A DNA stretch of 64,000 nucleotides from Elusimicrobiota bacterium. Its GTDB lineage: Bacteria > Elusimicrobiota > Elusimicrobia > UBA1565 > JACRDR01. The translations under genes were made by a program, and so were the position numbers. Shown here in pieces: positions 9,582 through 17,132 of the stretch. A model generated the notes under the pieces. It saw only the letters and a program-made list of their open reading frames with translations. It did not search any database and was not told the DNA's origin. The DNA lies in the NCBI GenBank assembly GCA_016194745.1, contig JACQBA010000013.1, positions 128,822 through 192,821 on the forward strand. The letters run 5' to 3'. The stretch's first letter is position 1; every line of letters begins with the position of its first letter.

Positions 9582-9597
9582 CCTATTGCGCAATAGG
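9582..9597. promoter_or_regulatory. perfect 16-bp palindrome CCTATTGCGCAATAGG in the intergenic region upstream of the hybrid histidine kinase gene
   Basis: Read directly from the sequence. It lies ~30 nt upstream of the 9627 start codon in a ~105-nt AT-richer spacer. Dyad symmetry of this length is typical of dimeric transcription-factor operators. Confidence 0.35.
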
Positions 9598-9626
9598 TCC
9601 TATGCCAGTGTTGATGTCAAGCCGAT

Positions 9627-10793
9627 TTGGATATCGTTGAATCTATGGAACGTCCGGACCGCATCGGGGTCTTGGTCGTCGAGGACGACGAAGACGATCT
9701 GAAGCTGATCCAGCTCTCGCTCCGGCAGGAGGCGCTTCGCGTCGACGGCGCCGGCTCCTGCGCGGCGGCGCGGCGCCTGCTTTCGGCGAACAGCTACGAG
9801 GTCCTTCTCGTCGACCTGCAGCTCCCGGACGGCGACGGCATCGATCTTCTGACGCTGGCGCGCGAAAAGGACCCGGATACGGTCGCCATCGTCTTGACCG
9901 GCCATTCGTCGACCGAGAGCGTGATCGCGGCGCTTCACCACGGCGCGTACGAATACCTCATCAAGCCCTGCCCGCCCAAGCTCATCGCCGCCGCCGTGCG
10001 CCGCGCGGCGGAGCGGCATCGCCTCGCCCGGGCGCTGGCCGAGCGCTCCGCCCAGCTCGAGGCGGTCAACACCGACCTCCAAGGCCGCATCCGCTTCATG
10101 GAAAACCTGGCGCACGAGCTGAAGAACCCCCTCTCGGTCGTCCAGGGCTACACGTCGTTCTTGCTTCACCGGCCGATCTCGGACTGGGAGCCGGTCGAGC
10201 TCGAGCGCGCGATGCAGGCCATCCAGCGCAACTCTGAGTTCATGCACGCGATGCTCGAGGAACTGATGGAAGCCACGAGCGTCCACAAGGGCAAGATGCC
10301 GCTGCGCCCCGAGCCGCTCGACGCCTGCGAGGAGGTCAAGCACGCCGTCGACGCCTTCCGGCTGCAGGCGGAGCAAAAGGGCATCCGGCTCGAGTCCGAG
10401 TGCATGGCGGGCTCGGGGGTCGTCTTCGAGGCGGACCGCCACCGGGTGCGCCAGGTCCTCCAGAATCTGATCGTCAACGCCCTCAAATTCACGCTCAGCC
10501 AGGGACGGGTCGGCGTCAGCGCGAAGGCCGACGGCGACGGCGTCCAATTCACGGTCTCGGACACCGGCGTCGGCATCCCCAAAGAGAATCTAGAGCGGAT
10601 CTTCGACCGCTTTTTCCAGACCGACGCGGGCCAGCGTCAGAAGGGACTCGGCCTCGGCCTCGAGATCGCCAAGGGCATCGTCTCGATGCACGGCGGCCGG
10701 ATCTGGGCCGAGAGCGCGGTCGGCCAAGGCTCGAGCTTCCACGTCACGTTCCCGGTGCGTACCGCGATCGCGACGCCGGTCGGCAAGCCCTAG
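9627..10793 (+). CDS. hybrid signalling protein: N-terminal response-regulator receiver domain fused to histidine kinase (HisKA + HATPase_c)
   Basis: 388 aa. Receiver: VLVVEDDEDDLKLI...LLVDLQLPDGDGIDLL...KP. HisKA H-box: MENLAHELKNPLSVVQGY. HATPase N/G boxes: NLIVNALKFT, DTGVGIP, GLGLGLEI. Confidence 0.85.
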   Translation: MDIVESMERPDRIGVLVVEDDEDDLKLIQLSLRQEALRVDGAGSCAAARRLLSANSYEVLLVDLQLPDGDGIDLLTLAREKDPDTVAIVLTGHSSTESVIAALHHGAYEYLIKPCPPKLIAAAVRRAAERHRLARALAERSAQLEAVNTDLQGRIRFMENLAHELKNPLSVVQGYTSFLLHRPISDWEPVELERAMQAIQRNSEFMHAMLEELMEATSVHKGKMPLRPEPLDACEEVKHAVDAFRLQAEQKGIRLESECMAGSGVVFEADRHRVRQVLQNLIVNALKFTLSQGRVGVSAKADGDGVQFTVSDTGVGIPKENLERIFDRFFQTDAGQRQKGLGLGLEIAKGIVSMHGGRIWAESAVGQGSSFHVTFPVRTAIATPVGKP

Positions 10794-11287
10794 CGGTAGT
10801 TACCGAACTGCAAGTCGACCCCGAAGTCCTTGCCTTTCAGCAGAGTCATCGTCGACTGGAGTTCGTCCTTGGAGCGGCTGACGACGCGGACTTGGTCGCC
10901 CTGGATGCTCGCGGTCACCTTTATCCCCGCCCGCTTGATCGCGGCGACGAGCTCCTTCGCCTTGTCGGTGGGGATGCCGTTTTGGACCTTCAATACCTGA
11001 CGCACGGAACCGCCGAGGGCCTGCTCTAGCTTCTGCGGGACGAAATTCTTGAGCGGCAGGCCGCGCTTGGCGATGCGCGTGTTGAGGATGTCGAGGACGT
11101 TCTTGAGCTTGAATTCGTCGTCGGAGGTGACGGTCAGCGCCATGTCCTTCTGATTAAACTCGATATTGGAGACCGAGCCCTTGAAATCGAAGCGGTTCGA
11201 TATTTCCTTCATCGCGACCTGGACGCACTCCGAGATCAGATTGGGGTCGACCTTCGAGACGACGTCGAACGAGAAATCCTGAGCCAT
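10790..11287 (-). CDS. yajQ: YajQ family nucleotide-binding protein (UPF0234)
   Basis: 165 aa, MAQDFSFDVVSKVD... Strong overall resemblance to YajQ proteins, including the paired ferredoxin-like halves (FDFKGS...; IPTDKAKELVAAIKRAGIKV). Sits immediately downstream of hutU. Confidence 0.8.
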   Translation of the reverse strand: MAQDFSFDVVSKVDPNLISECVQVAMKEISNRFDFKGSVSNIEFNQKDMALTVTSDDEFKLKNVLDILNTRIAKRGLPLKNFVPQKLEQALGGSVRQVLKVQNGIPTDKAKELVAAIKRAGIKVTASIQGDQVRVVSRSKDELQSTMTLLKGKDFGVDLQFGNYR

Positions 11288-11288
11288 G

Positions 11289-12962
11289 CTACCTCCTCAT
11301 CATGGGGATCTTGATCCGCCCCGCCTTCGCTGCGGCGACCGCCTCGTCGTAGCCTGCGTCGACATGCCGCGCGACGCCGATGCCCGGGTCGTTCGTCAGC
11401 ACCCTTTCGATGCGGGCGTCCATCGCCTTCGTCCCGTCGGCCACGGTGACCTGGCCCGCGTGAAGCGAGTATCCGATCCCCACTCCGCCCCCGTGGTGGA
11501 AGCTGACCCAGGAAGCTCCGGACGCCGTGTTCAGGAGCGCGTTGAGGATCGCCCAGTCCGCCACCGCGTCCGTGCCGTCCTTCATGGCCTCCGTCTCGCG
11601 GTAAGGGCTCGCGACGGAACCGCAGTCCAAGTGGTCGCGTCCGATAACGACCGGCGCGGAGACCTTGCCCGAGCGGACGAGCTCGTTGATGCGCAGCCCC
11701 ATCCGGTCGCGCTCGCCGTAGCCGAGCCAGCAGATGCGCGCGGGCAGGCCCTGAAAGCGGACCTTCTTGCGCGCCAAGTCGATCCAGCGCTTGAGCGACT
11801 GATTCTGCGGGAACTGCTTGAGCACCTCGTCGTCGATGGTCGCGATGTCTTTCGCGTCGCCCGACAGGACCGCCCAACGGAAGGGGCCTTTCCCCTCACA
11901 GAACAACGGCCGGATGAAGGCGGGGACGAAGCCGGGGAAGGCGAAGGCGTCCGCGACGCCGGCTTCCTTGGCCATGGCGCGGATGTTGTTGCCGTAGTCG
12001 AACGTGCAGGCGCCTTGACGCATCAGCTCGAGCATGCCCTTCACGTGAACGGCCATCGACTCCATCGAGCGCCGAACGTACTCCTTGGGGTCCTTCGCCC
12101 GGAGCTCCGCCGCACCGTCGAGGCTCAGCCCGCGAGGCACGTAGCCGTTCAACGGATCGTGAGCCGACGTCTGATCGGTCAGCAGATCGATCTCGACCCT
12201 TCGCTTGGCCAGCTCCGGGACGACGTCCGCGCAGTTGCCCACGAGGCCGACCGAGAGCGGCATGCGGCGCTTCTTCGCGTCGAGGACGAGTTCGAGCGCC
12301 TTTTCCAGCGACGTCTCCGCGCGGTCGAGGTAGCCGGTCTTGAGCCGCTTGTCGATGCGCGAAGGGTCGGCGTCGACGCCGAGAAAGGCGGCCCCGTTCA
12401 TCGTCGCCGCGAGCGGCTGCGCCCCGCCCATGCCGCCTAGGCCTCCGCTCACGACGAGGCGCCCCTCGAGCGTCCCGCCGAACTTCTGGCGCGCGGCCTC
12501 GGCGAACGTCTCGTAGGTGCCCTGGAGGATGCCCTGGGTGCCGATGTAGATCCACGAGCCCGCGGTCATCTGCCCGTACATCATGAGCCCCTTTTTCTCG
12601 AGCTCGTCGAAGACCTCCCACGTGGCCCATTTCCCGACGAGATTGGAGTTGGCGATGAGGACCCGAGGGGAGTGCTCGTGGGTGCGGAACACGCCGACGG
12701 GCTTGCCCGACTGGACGAGCAGCGTCTCGTCGTTCTCGAGCGACTCCAAGCTCGCGACGATGGCGTGGAACGCCTCCCAATTGCGCGCCGCTTTCCCCCG
12801 GCCCCCGTAGACGACGAGGTCCTGCGGCCGCTCCGCCACCTCGGGATCGAGGTTGTTCATGAGCATCCGCAGCGCGGCTTCCTGCTGCCAGCCCTTGCAC
12901 CGGAGAGCGCTCCCGCGCGGGGCGCGCACGACCTCCTGCGCGGCCGTGGTCACGAGAGACAT
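11289..12962 (-). CDS. hutU: urocanate hydratase
   Basis: 557 aa starting [20 protein letters not shown]-binding [13 protein letters not shown] motif; conserved along its length with urocanases. The ORF-track ORF 11289..14498 (1069 aa) extends upstream in-frame through the antisense of hutH, so only the C-terminal 557 codons are called. The start overlaps the hutH stop. Confidence 0.9.
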   Translation of the reverse strand: MSLVTTAAQEVVRAPRGSALRCKGWQQEAALRMLMNNLDPEVAERPQDLVVYGGRGKAARNWEAFHAIVASLESLENDETLLVQSGKPVGVFRTHEHSPRVLIANSNLVGKWATWEVFDELEKKGLMMYGQMTAGSWIYIGTQGILQGTYETFAEAARQKFGGTLEGRLVVSGGLGGMGGAQPLAATMNGAAFLGVDADPSRIDKRLKTGYLDRAETSLEKALELVLDAKKRRMPLSVGLVGNCADVVPELAKRRVEIDLLTDQTSAHDPLNGYVPRGLSLDGAAELRAKDPKEYVRRSMESMAVHVKGMLELMRQGACTFDYGNNIRAMAKEAGVADAFAFPGFVPAFIRPLFCEGKGPFRWAVLSGDAKDIATIDDEVLKQFPQNQSLKRWIDLARKKVRFQGLPARICWLGYGERDRMGLRINELVRSGKVSAPVVIGRDHLDCGSVASPYRETEAMKDGTDAVADWAILNALLNTASGASWVSFHHGGGVGIGYSLHAGQVTVADGTKAMDARIERVLTNDPGIGVARHVDAGYDEAVAAAKAGRIKIPMMRR

Positions 12963-14476
12963 TCCTCGACGCGGAAGTCCCCGGCGAGCACCGCCGCCGA
13001 CACCGCCTCGATCGAGGCGTGGAGGGACGCGTCCCCCTCGAGCCTCGGCGCGACGGCACGCAGGCGCCCGAGGGCGCCGGCGACTCCCGTCCCCGGCTTG
13101 AGGGGCGCGTGCATCTCGACGCCCTTGCCCGCCGCCAGGAACTCGATCGCGACGACGTGCGAGACGTGCTCGATGATCTTGGAGAGCTTGAGCGCGGCGC
13201 CCATCCCCATGCTGACGAAATCTTCCTTCTCGGCGGAGGTGGGGATCGAGTCGACGGACGCCGGGTGCGCGAGTCCCTTGTTCTCCGACGCGAGCGCGGC
13301 GGCCACGACCTGCGGGATCATGAAGCCGGACTCGAGCCCCGGGTTTTCGGCTAGGAACGGCGGGAGCGCGTGCACCCCCGAGACGAGCTGCGCGATGCGC
13401 CGTTCCGACATCGAGGCGAGGGAACACAGGGCGATTGCGGCGTAATCGAACACGAAGGCGAGGGCCTGCCCGTGGAAGTTGCCTCCGGAGATGACGCGCG
13501 ATCCGACCACGACCGGGTTGTCGGTCACCGACGCCATCTCGACGCGCACCGTCTCGGCGGCGTGAGCCAAAGCGTCGCGGACCGCCCCGTGCACCTGCGG
13601 GATGCAGCGCAGGCTGTAGGGGTCCTGCACGCGGGGATCGCCCTCGCGGTGGGACTCGCGGATCTCGCTGTCGTGGAGGAGGGACCGCAGCGTCTTCGCC
13701 GCCCACAGCTGGCCGGGATGAGGCTTGAGCTCGACGATCGCCCGTTCGTACGGGACGGGCGTTCCCTTGATGGCCTCGAGGCTCATCGCCCCCGCGGCGG
13801 TGCAGGCCTCGAGCACGGCCTCGGCGCGATGGAGGGCCAAGCCGCCGACAGCCTGCATCGCCTGGGTGCCGTTGATGAGCGACAGCCCTTCCTTGGCTTC
13901 CAATACGACGGGCCTGACGCCCGCGCGCCGCAGCGCCTCGCGGCCGTCCAAGACGGGGCCCCACGACTTCCTGGCCCCGTTCCAGATCCGCGCGCTGCCT
14001 TCGCCGATCGCGAGAAGCGCCGCGTGCGCCTGCGGGGCAAGATCCCCCGAGGCGCCGACCGAGCCCCGGCTCGGGATCACGGGCGTCACGCCGGCGTTGA
14101 TCAATCGCGCCAAGGTCTCGGCCAGCTCGACGCGGCAGCCCGAATGTCCGCGGGCCAGCTCGTTGGCGCGCAGGAAGAGTATCCCGCGCGCCTCCCCGGG
14201 AGCCAACGGCTCTCCGACGCCGCAGGCATGGCTCCTCAAGAGATTGTATTGCAGGGTCCGTACCTGATCTTGCGGAATCCGCCGCGAGGCCAGCTCTCCG
14301 AATCCGGTATTGACCCCGTAGACGGCCCCGCCCGAGGCGGTCGCCGCGCCCAGGGCCTTGCGCGCGGCGAGCACCCGGCGCTTGGCGTCGGGAGGCAGCA
14401 CGACCTTGCGGCCGAGAGTCGATACCTCGACCAAATCGCGAAGGGTGACGTCGCGTCCGAGCGGAAACGGCTTCAT
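12950..14476 (-). CDS. hutH: histidine ammonia-lyase
   Basis: 508 aa. MIO-forming Ala-Ser-Gly motif ([14 protein letters not shown]) and typical HAL N-terminus ([12 protein letters not shown]). Confidence 0.9.
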   Translation of the reverse strand: MKPFPLGRDVTLRDLVEVSTLGRKVVLPPDAKRRVLAARKALGAATASGGAVYGVNTGFGELASRRIPQDQVRTLQYNLLRSHACGVGEPLAPGEARGILFLRANELARGHSGCRVELAETLARLINAGVTPVIPSRGSVGASGDLAPQAHAALLAIGEGSARIWNGARKSWGPVLDGREALRRAGVRPVVLEAKEGLSLINGTQAMQAVGGLALHRAEAVLEACTAAGAMSLEAIKGTPVPYERAIVELKPHPGQLWAAKTLRSLLHDSEIRESHREGDPRVQDPYSLRCIPQVHGAVRDALAHAAETVRVEMASVTDNPVVVGSRVISGGNFHGQALAFVFDYAAIALCSLASMSERRIAQLVSGVHALPPFLAENPGLESGFMIPQVVAAALASENKGLAHPASVDSIPTSAEKEDFVSMGMGAALKLSKIIEHVSHVVAIEFLAAGKGVEMHAPLKPGTGVAGALGRLRAVAPRLEGDASLHASIEAVSAAVLAGDFRVEECLS

Positions 14477-14640
14477 GAGCGAGGATGGATTCTAGCAAAA
14501 CCGGGCAGGCCGCGAGAGCAGGTCGAGACCGATAGGAAGAACCATTTCACATACGGCGATGCGGCGAAAAGGACCGCTTCTGGAGCTAATGCCTTCGCCC
14601 GACTGCCCTTAAGTCCATGGGAGGCCGCGCGGCGGCCCGC

Positions 14641-14806
14641 TATAATATCCGCAAGATGAAGCGAGGCGAGAAGCACCAGATCAATGCCGGACGGGGCTCG
14701 ACCCCTCCTGTAGTCCCGTCCGGCCGAATTGAGCAGCAGCGCGCTCGCTAGATTAGGTCCGGCCAGAATCCTACCCCTCCTGTGATTCTGGCCGGATACT
14801 TTTTTG
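14641..14806 (+). ncRNA. candidate small RNA or structured element: TATAAT box, two hairpins with identical C-rich loop 11-mer, terminal hairpin plus T-tract
   Basis: TATAAT at 14641-14646. Hairpin 1 at 14687-14723: 9-bp stem CCGGACGGG/CCCGTCCGG, loop containing ACCCCTCCTGT. Hairpin 2 at 14759-14795: 12-bp stem CCGGCCAGAATC/GATTCTGGCCGG, loop containing the same ACCCCTCCTGT. Followed by ATACTTTTTTG at 14796-14806, so it reads as an intrinsic terminator on the + strand. No protein-coding gene lies on the + strand here. Confidence 0.3.
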
Positions 14807-14817
14807 CCCGAAAAGAG

Positions 14818-15177
14818 CTATTTCGCCGAGGCCTTCTGGGCGGCGCCGAGCAGCTCGGCGATGGAGAACGGCTTCCCGAGGAACCCGGCGGCGCCGGCGG
14901 CGGTAAGATCCTGCTTGAGATTGTCCTGGGCGTTGGCCGAGATGATCAGGACCCGCGCCTTCGGGTCTAGAGCCCTCAGCGCCTTGAGCACCGTCATGCC
15001 GTCGGCCTTGGGCATCGACAGATCGAGCGTGACGAGGTCGGGCTTCGTCGATTTATAGAGGGCCAGAGCCTGGTCGAGGTCGTCGGTCTCTCCGGCGACC
15101 TCGTTGCCGGTCACGGCAAGCATATCCGAGAGCATGTTGCGCGCGATCGGGCTGTCGTCGATGATGAGAACCTTCAT
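14818..15177 (-). CDS. CheY-like single-domain response regulator
   Basis: 119 aa. MKVLIIDDS...PDLVTLDLSMPKADG...LIISA...GFLGKPF: complete receiver domain with phospho-acceptor Asp and conserved Lys. Start overlaps the thiolase stop (ATGA). Confidence 0.85.
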   Translation of the reverse strand: MKVLIIDDSPIARNMLSDMLAVTGNEVAGETDDLDQALALYKSTKPDLVTLDLSMPKADGMTVLKALRALDPKARVLIISANAQDNLKQDLTAAGAAGFLGKPFSIAELLGAAQKASAK

Positions 15178-16319
15178 TATCGCTCCACCGCCACGGCCAC
15201 CGACTCGCCGCCGCCGAGGCAGATCGCCGCGATGCCGCGCTTCAAGTTCTTCTGCTTCATGGCGTTAAGGAGCGTGACGAGGATGCGCGTCCCGCTGGCG
15301 CCGATGGGATGTCCGAGCGCGACCGCGCCGCCGTACACGTTCACCTTATCGCGCGGGATGCCGACCATCTTCATCGTCGCGAGCGTCACCACCGAGAACG
15401 CCTCGTTGATCTCGAAAAGGTCGACCTCGTCCGTCTTCCAGCCCACCTTCTCGAGCAGTTTCACGATCGCGCCCGCGGGAGCCGTGGTGAACCACTGCGG
15501 CTCCTGGCTGAACGTGGCCCAGCCCTTGATCGTGGCGAGGATCGGCCTGCCCGCGGCCGCCTTCGCCGAGGCCAGCACGATGGCCGCGGCGCCGTCGTCG
15601 ATTTTTGACGCGTTGGCCGCGGTGATCGTGCCGCCGGGCTTGAAGGCGGGCTTGAGCTTCGGGATTTTGTCGAACGCGCCGCGCTTGGGCTCTTCGTCCT
15701 CCACGATGCCGTCGACCGAGACGATCTCGGCGGCGAGGGCGCCGGAGGACTGGGCCGCCTGAGCGCGCTTGTAGGATTCGATCGCGTACTCGTCCTGCTG
15801 CTCACGCGAGATCGAGTGCGTCTCCGCGCAAAGCTCGCCGCAGTCGCCCATGTGGACGTTGCCGTAGGGGTCCCAAAGACCGTCGCGGATGATCGAGTCC
15901 ACAAGCTGCCCGTGCCCCATCCGATAGCCGCCGCGAGCCTTGTCCAAGACGAAGGGCGCCTTGCTCATCGATTCCATGCCGCCCGCCACGGCGATCTTGG
16001 AGTCTCCGAGCTGGATCGACTGCGCCGCCATCATGACGGCCTTCATCCCGGAGCCGCAGACCTTGTTGACCGTCGTCGCGCCGGCGGAAGCCGGGACCTT
16101 GGCGTAGATCATCGCTTGACGGGCGGGGGCCTGCCCGATGCCCGCCGAAATGACGTTGCCCATCACGACCTCGTTGACCTCCTCCGGCTTGACCCCAGCG
16201 CGCTCGAGGGCGCCGGCGATGGCCTTCGCGCCGAGCTGCGGCGCCGTATAGCTGGATAAGGAGCCGTTGAGCATTCCGATCGGGGTGCGGGCGGCGCCCA
16301 AAATGACAACGTCTTCCAT
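15177..16319 (-). CDS. acetyl-CoA C-acetyltransferase (thiolase II)
   Basis: 380 aa. Active-site Cys region VNKVCGSGMKAV; C-terminal catalytic motifs NVYGGAVALGHPIGASG and AAICLGGGESVAV. Confidence 0.9.
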   Translation of the reverse strand: MEDVVILGAARTPIGMLNGSLSSYTAPQLGAKAIAGALERAGVKPEEVNEVVMGNVISAGIGQAPARQAMIYAKVPASAGATTVNKVCGSGMKAVMMAAQSIQLGDSKIAVAGGMESMSKAPFVLDKARGGYRMGHGQLVDSIIRDGLWDPYGNVHMGDCGELCAETHSISREQQDEYAIESYKRAQAAQSSGALAAEIVSVDGIVEDEEPKRGAFDKIPKLKPAFKPGGTITAANASKIDDGAAAIVLASAKAAAGRPILATIKGWATFSQEPQWFTTAPAGAIVKLLEKVGWKTDEVDLFEINEAFSVVTLATMKMVGIPRDKVNVYGGAVALGHPIGASGTRILVTLLNAMKQKNLKRGIAAICLGGGESVAVAVER

Positions 16320-16403
16320 GGCATCCTCCTAAATTCGATGTCGCTTTATTTTATCATTTCGATCCCCCCATACACACGGGAGGAACGGGCGCAGTCCGTG
16401 GAA

Positions 16404-17132
16404 CTAATTCAGGTAGGGCGACGGAGCGTAGTAGATAAGCCGGGCGGCGACGCCGCAGGCGGCGGAGAGGAGGCCGCCGAACGACAGGCTGAACCAGGAG
16501 AAATCCATCACGCGCCTGTATCTCATGTAGAGCAGATTCACCATCCACCCCAGCGCCGGGATCGCCCACCACGTTCCGGGGAGAAGGAAGCACATCATGA
16601 GCACGAGGCGCGCGCCCATCGCCAGATACTTCTCGTCGAAGTTCGGGTAGTTCGCGCCCACCATGTCCTTTTCGAAGAAATACAACAGCACCGTCGCGAA
16701 ATGGGTGACGACGATCCCCAGAATCATCAGGATAGGCCACTTTTCCGGGAACCAGCCCTGGCTCAGGTCGCCCAATCCGATCGGGATGAAGATGAAGATG
16801 CACGCGTAGTGCACCGTCTGGTCCCAGATGAAAAAAAGCGTGTTGTCCGGCGAGTTGTACTTGAAGATGGAGAAGATGCGGAATTCGTCCTCGAGGAAAT
16901 GGAAGATGAAGATCAGCAGGATGCAGGCCCACCCCGGGACTCCCACGCCTTGCACTTGGACCCAGTCTCTCCCCAGATACGGGAAGGTCAGCACGGCGTA
17001 GATGACGGGGTGCATGCCGCAGTGCACGAGCATGCCCCAGACGTTGCGGCGCTTCCACGCGTTGACCGCGTTGGTCTGGAACGTGAAATCCGCGAGCAGG
17101 TGGCCGAGGATGAGGCGCCAGAAGATAAGCAT
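16404..17132 (-). CDS. integral membrane protein, possibly DUF3307-like (N-terminal HLLADFTFQ motif)
   Basis: 242 aa, about 7 hydrophobic segments, Trp/Phe-rich. The gene has visibly lower GC than its surroundings. Its start abuts the stop of the CHASE2 cyclase gene (17132/17133). Confidence 0.55.
   Translation of the reverse strand: MLIFWRLILGHLLADFTFQTNAVNAWKRRNVWGMLVHCGMHPVIYAVLTFPYLGRDWVQVQGVGVPGWACILLIFIFHFLEDEFRIFSIFKYNSPDNTLFFIWDQTVHYACIFIFIPIGLGDLSQGWFPEKWPILMILGIVVTHFATVLLYFFEKDMVGANYPNFDEKYLAMGARLVLMMCFLLPGTWWAIPALGWMVNLLYMRYRRVMDFSWFSLSFGGLLSAACGVAARLIYYAPSPYLN

Noticed and set aside
11289-14498. Single 1069-aa ORF spanning hutU and the hutH region
   Set aside because: Only the C-terminal 557 aa (from MSLVTT...) resemble urocanase. 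The upstream 512 aa are Arg/Gly-rich junk read in-frame through the antisense of hutH. hutH is clearly encoded in another frame (12950..14476).
14661-14717. 18-codon ORF (MKRGEKHQINAGRGSTPPV) inside the candidate sRNA region
   Set aside because: Too short and without a recognisable RBS or conservation signal. The region's dominant signal is RNA structure, so it was not called as a CDS.
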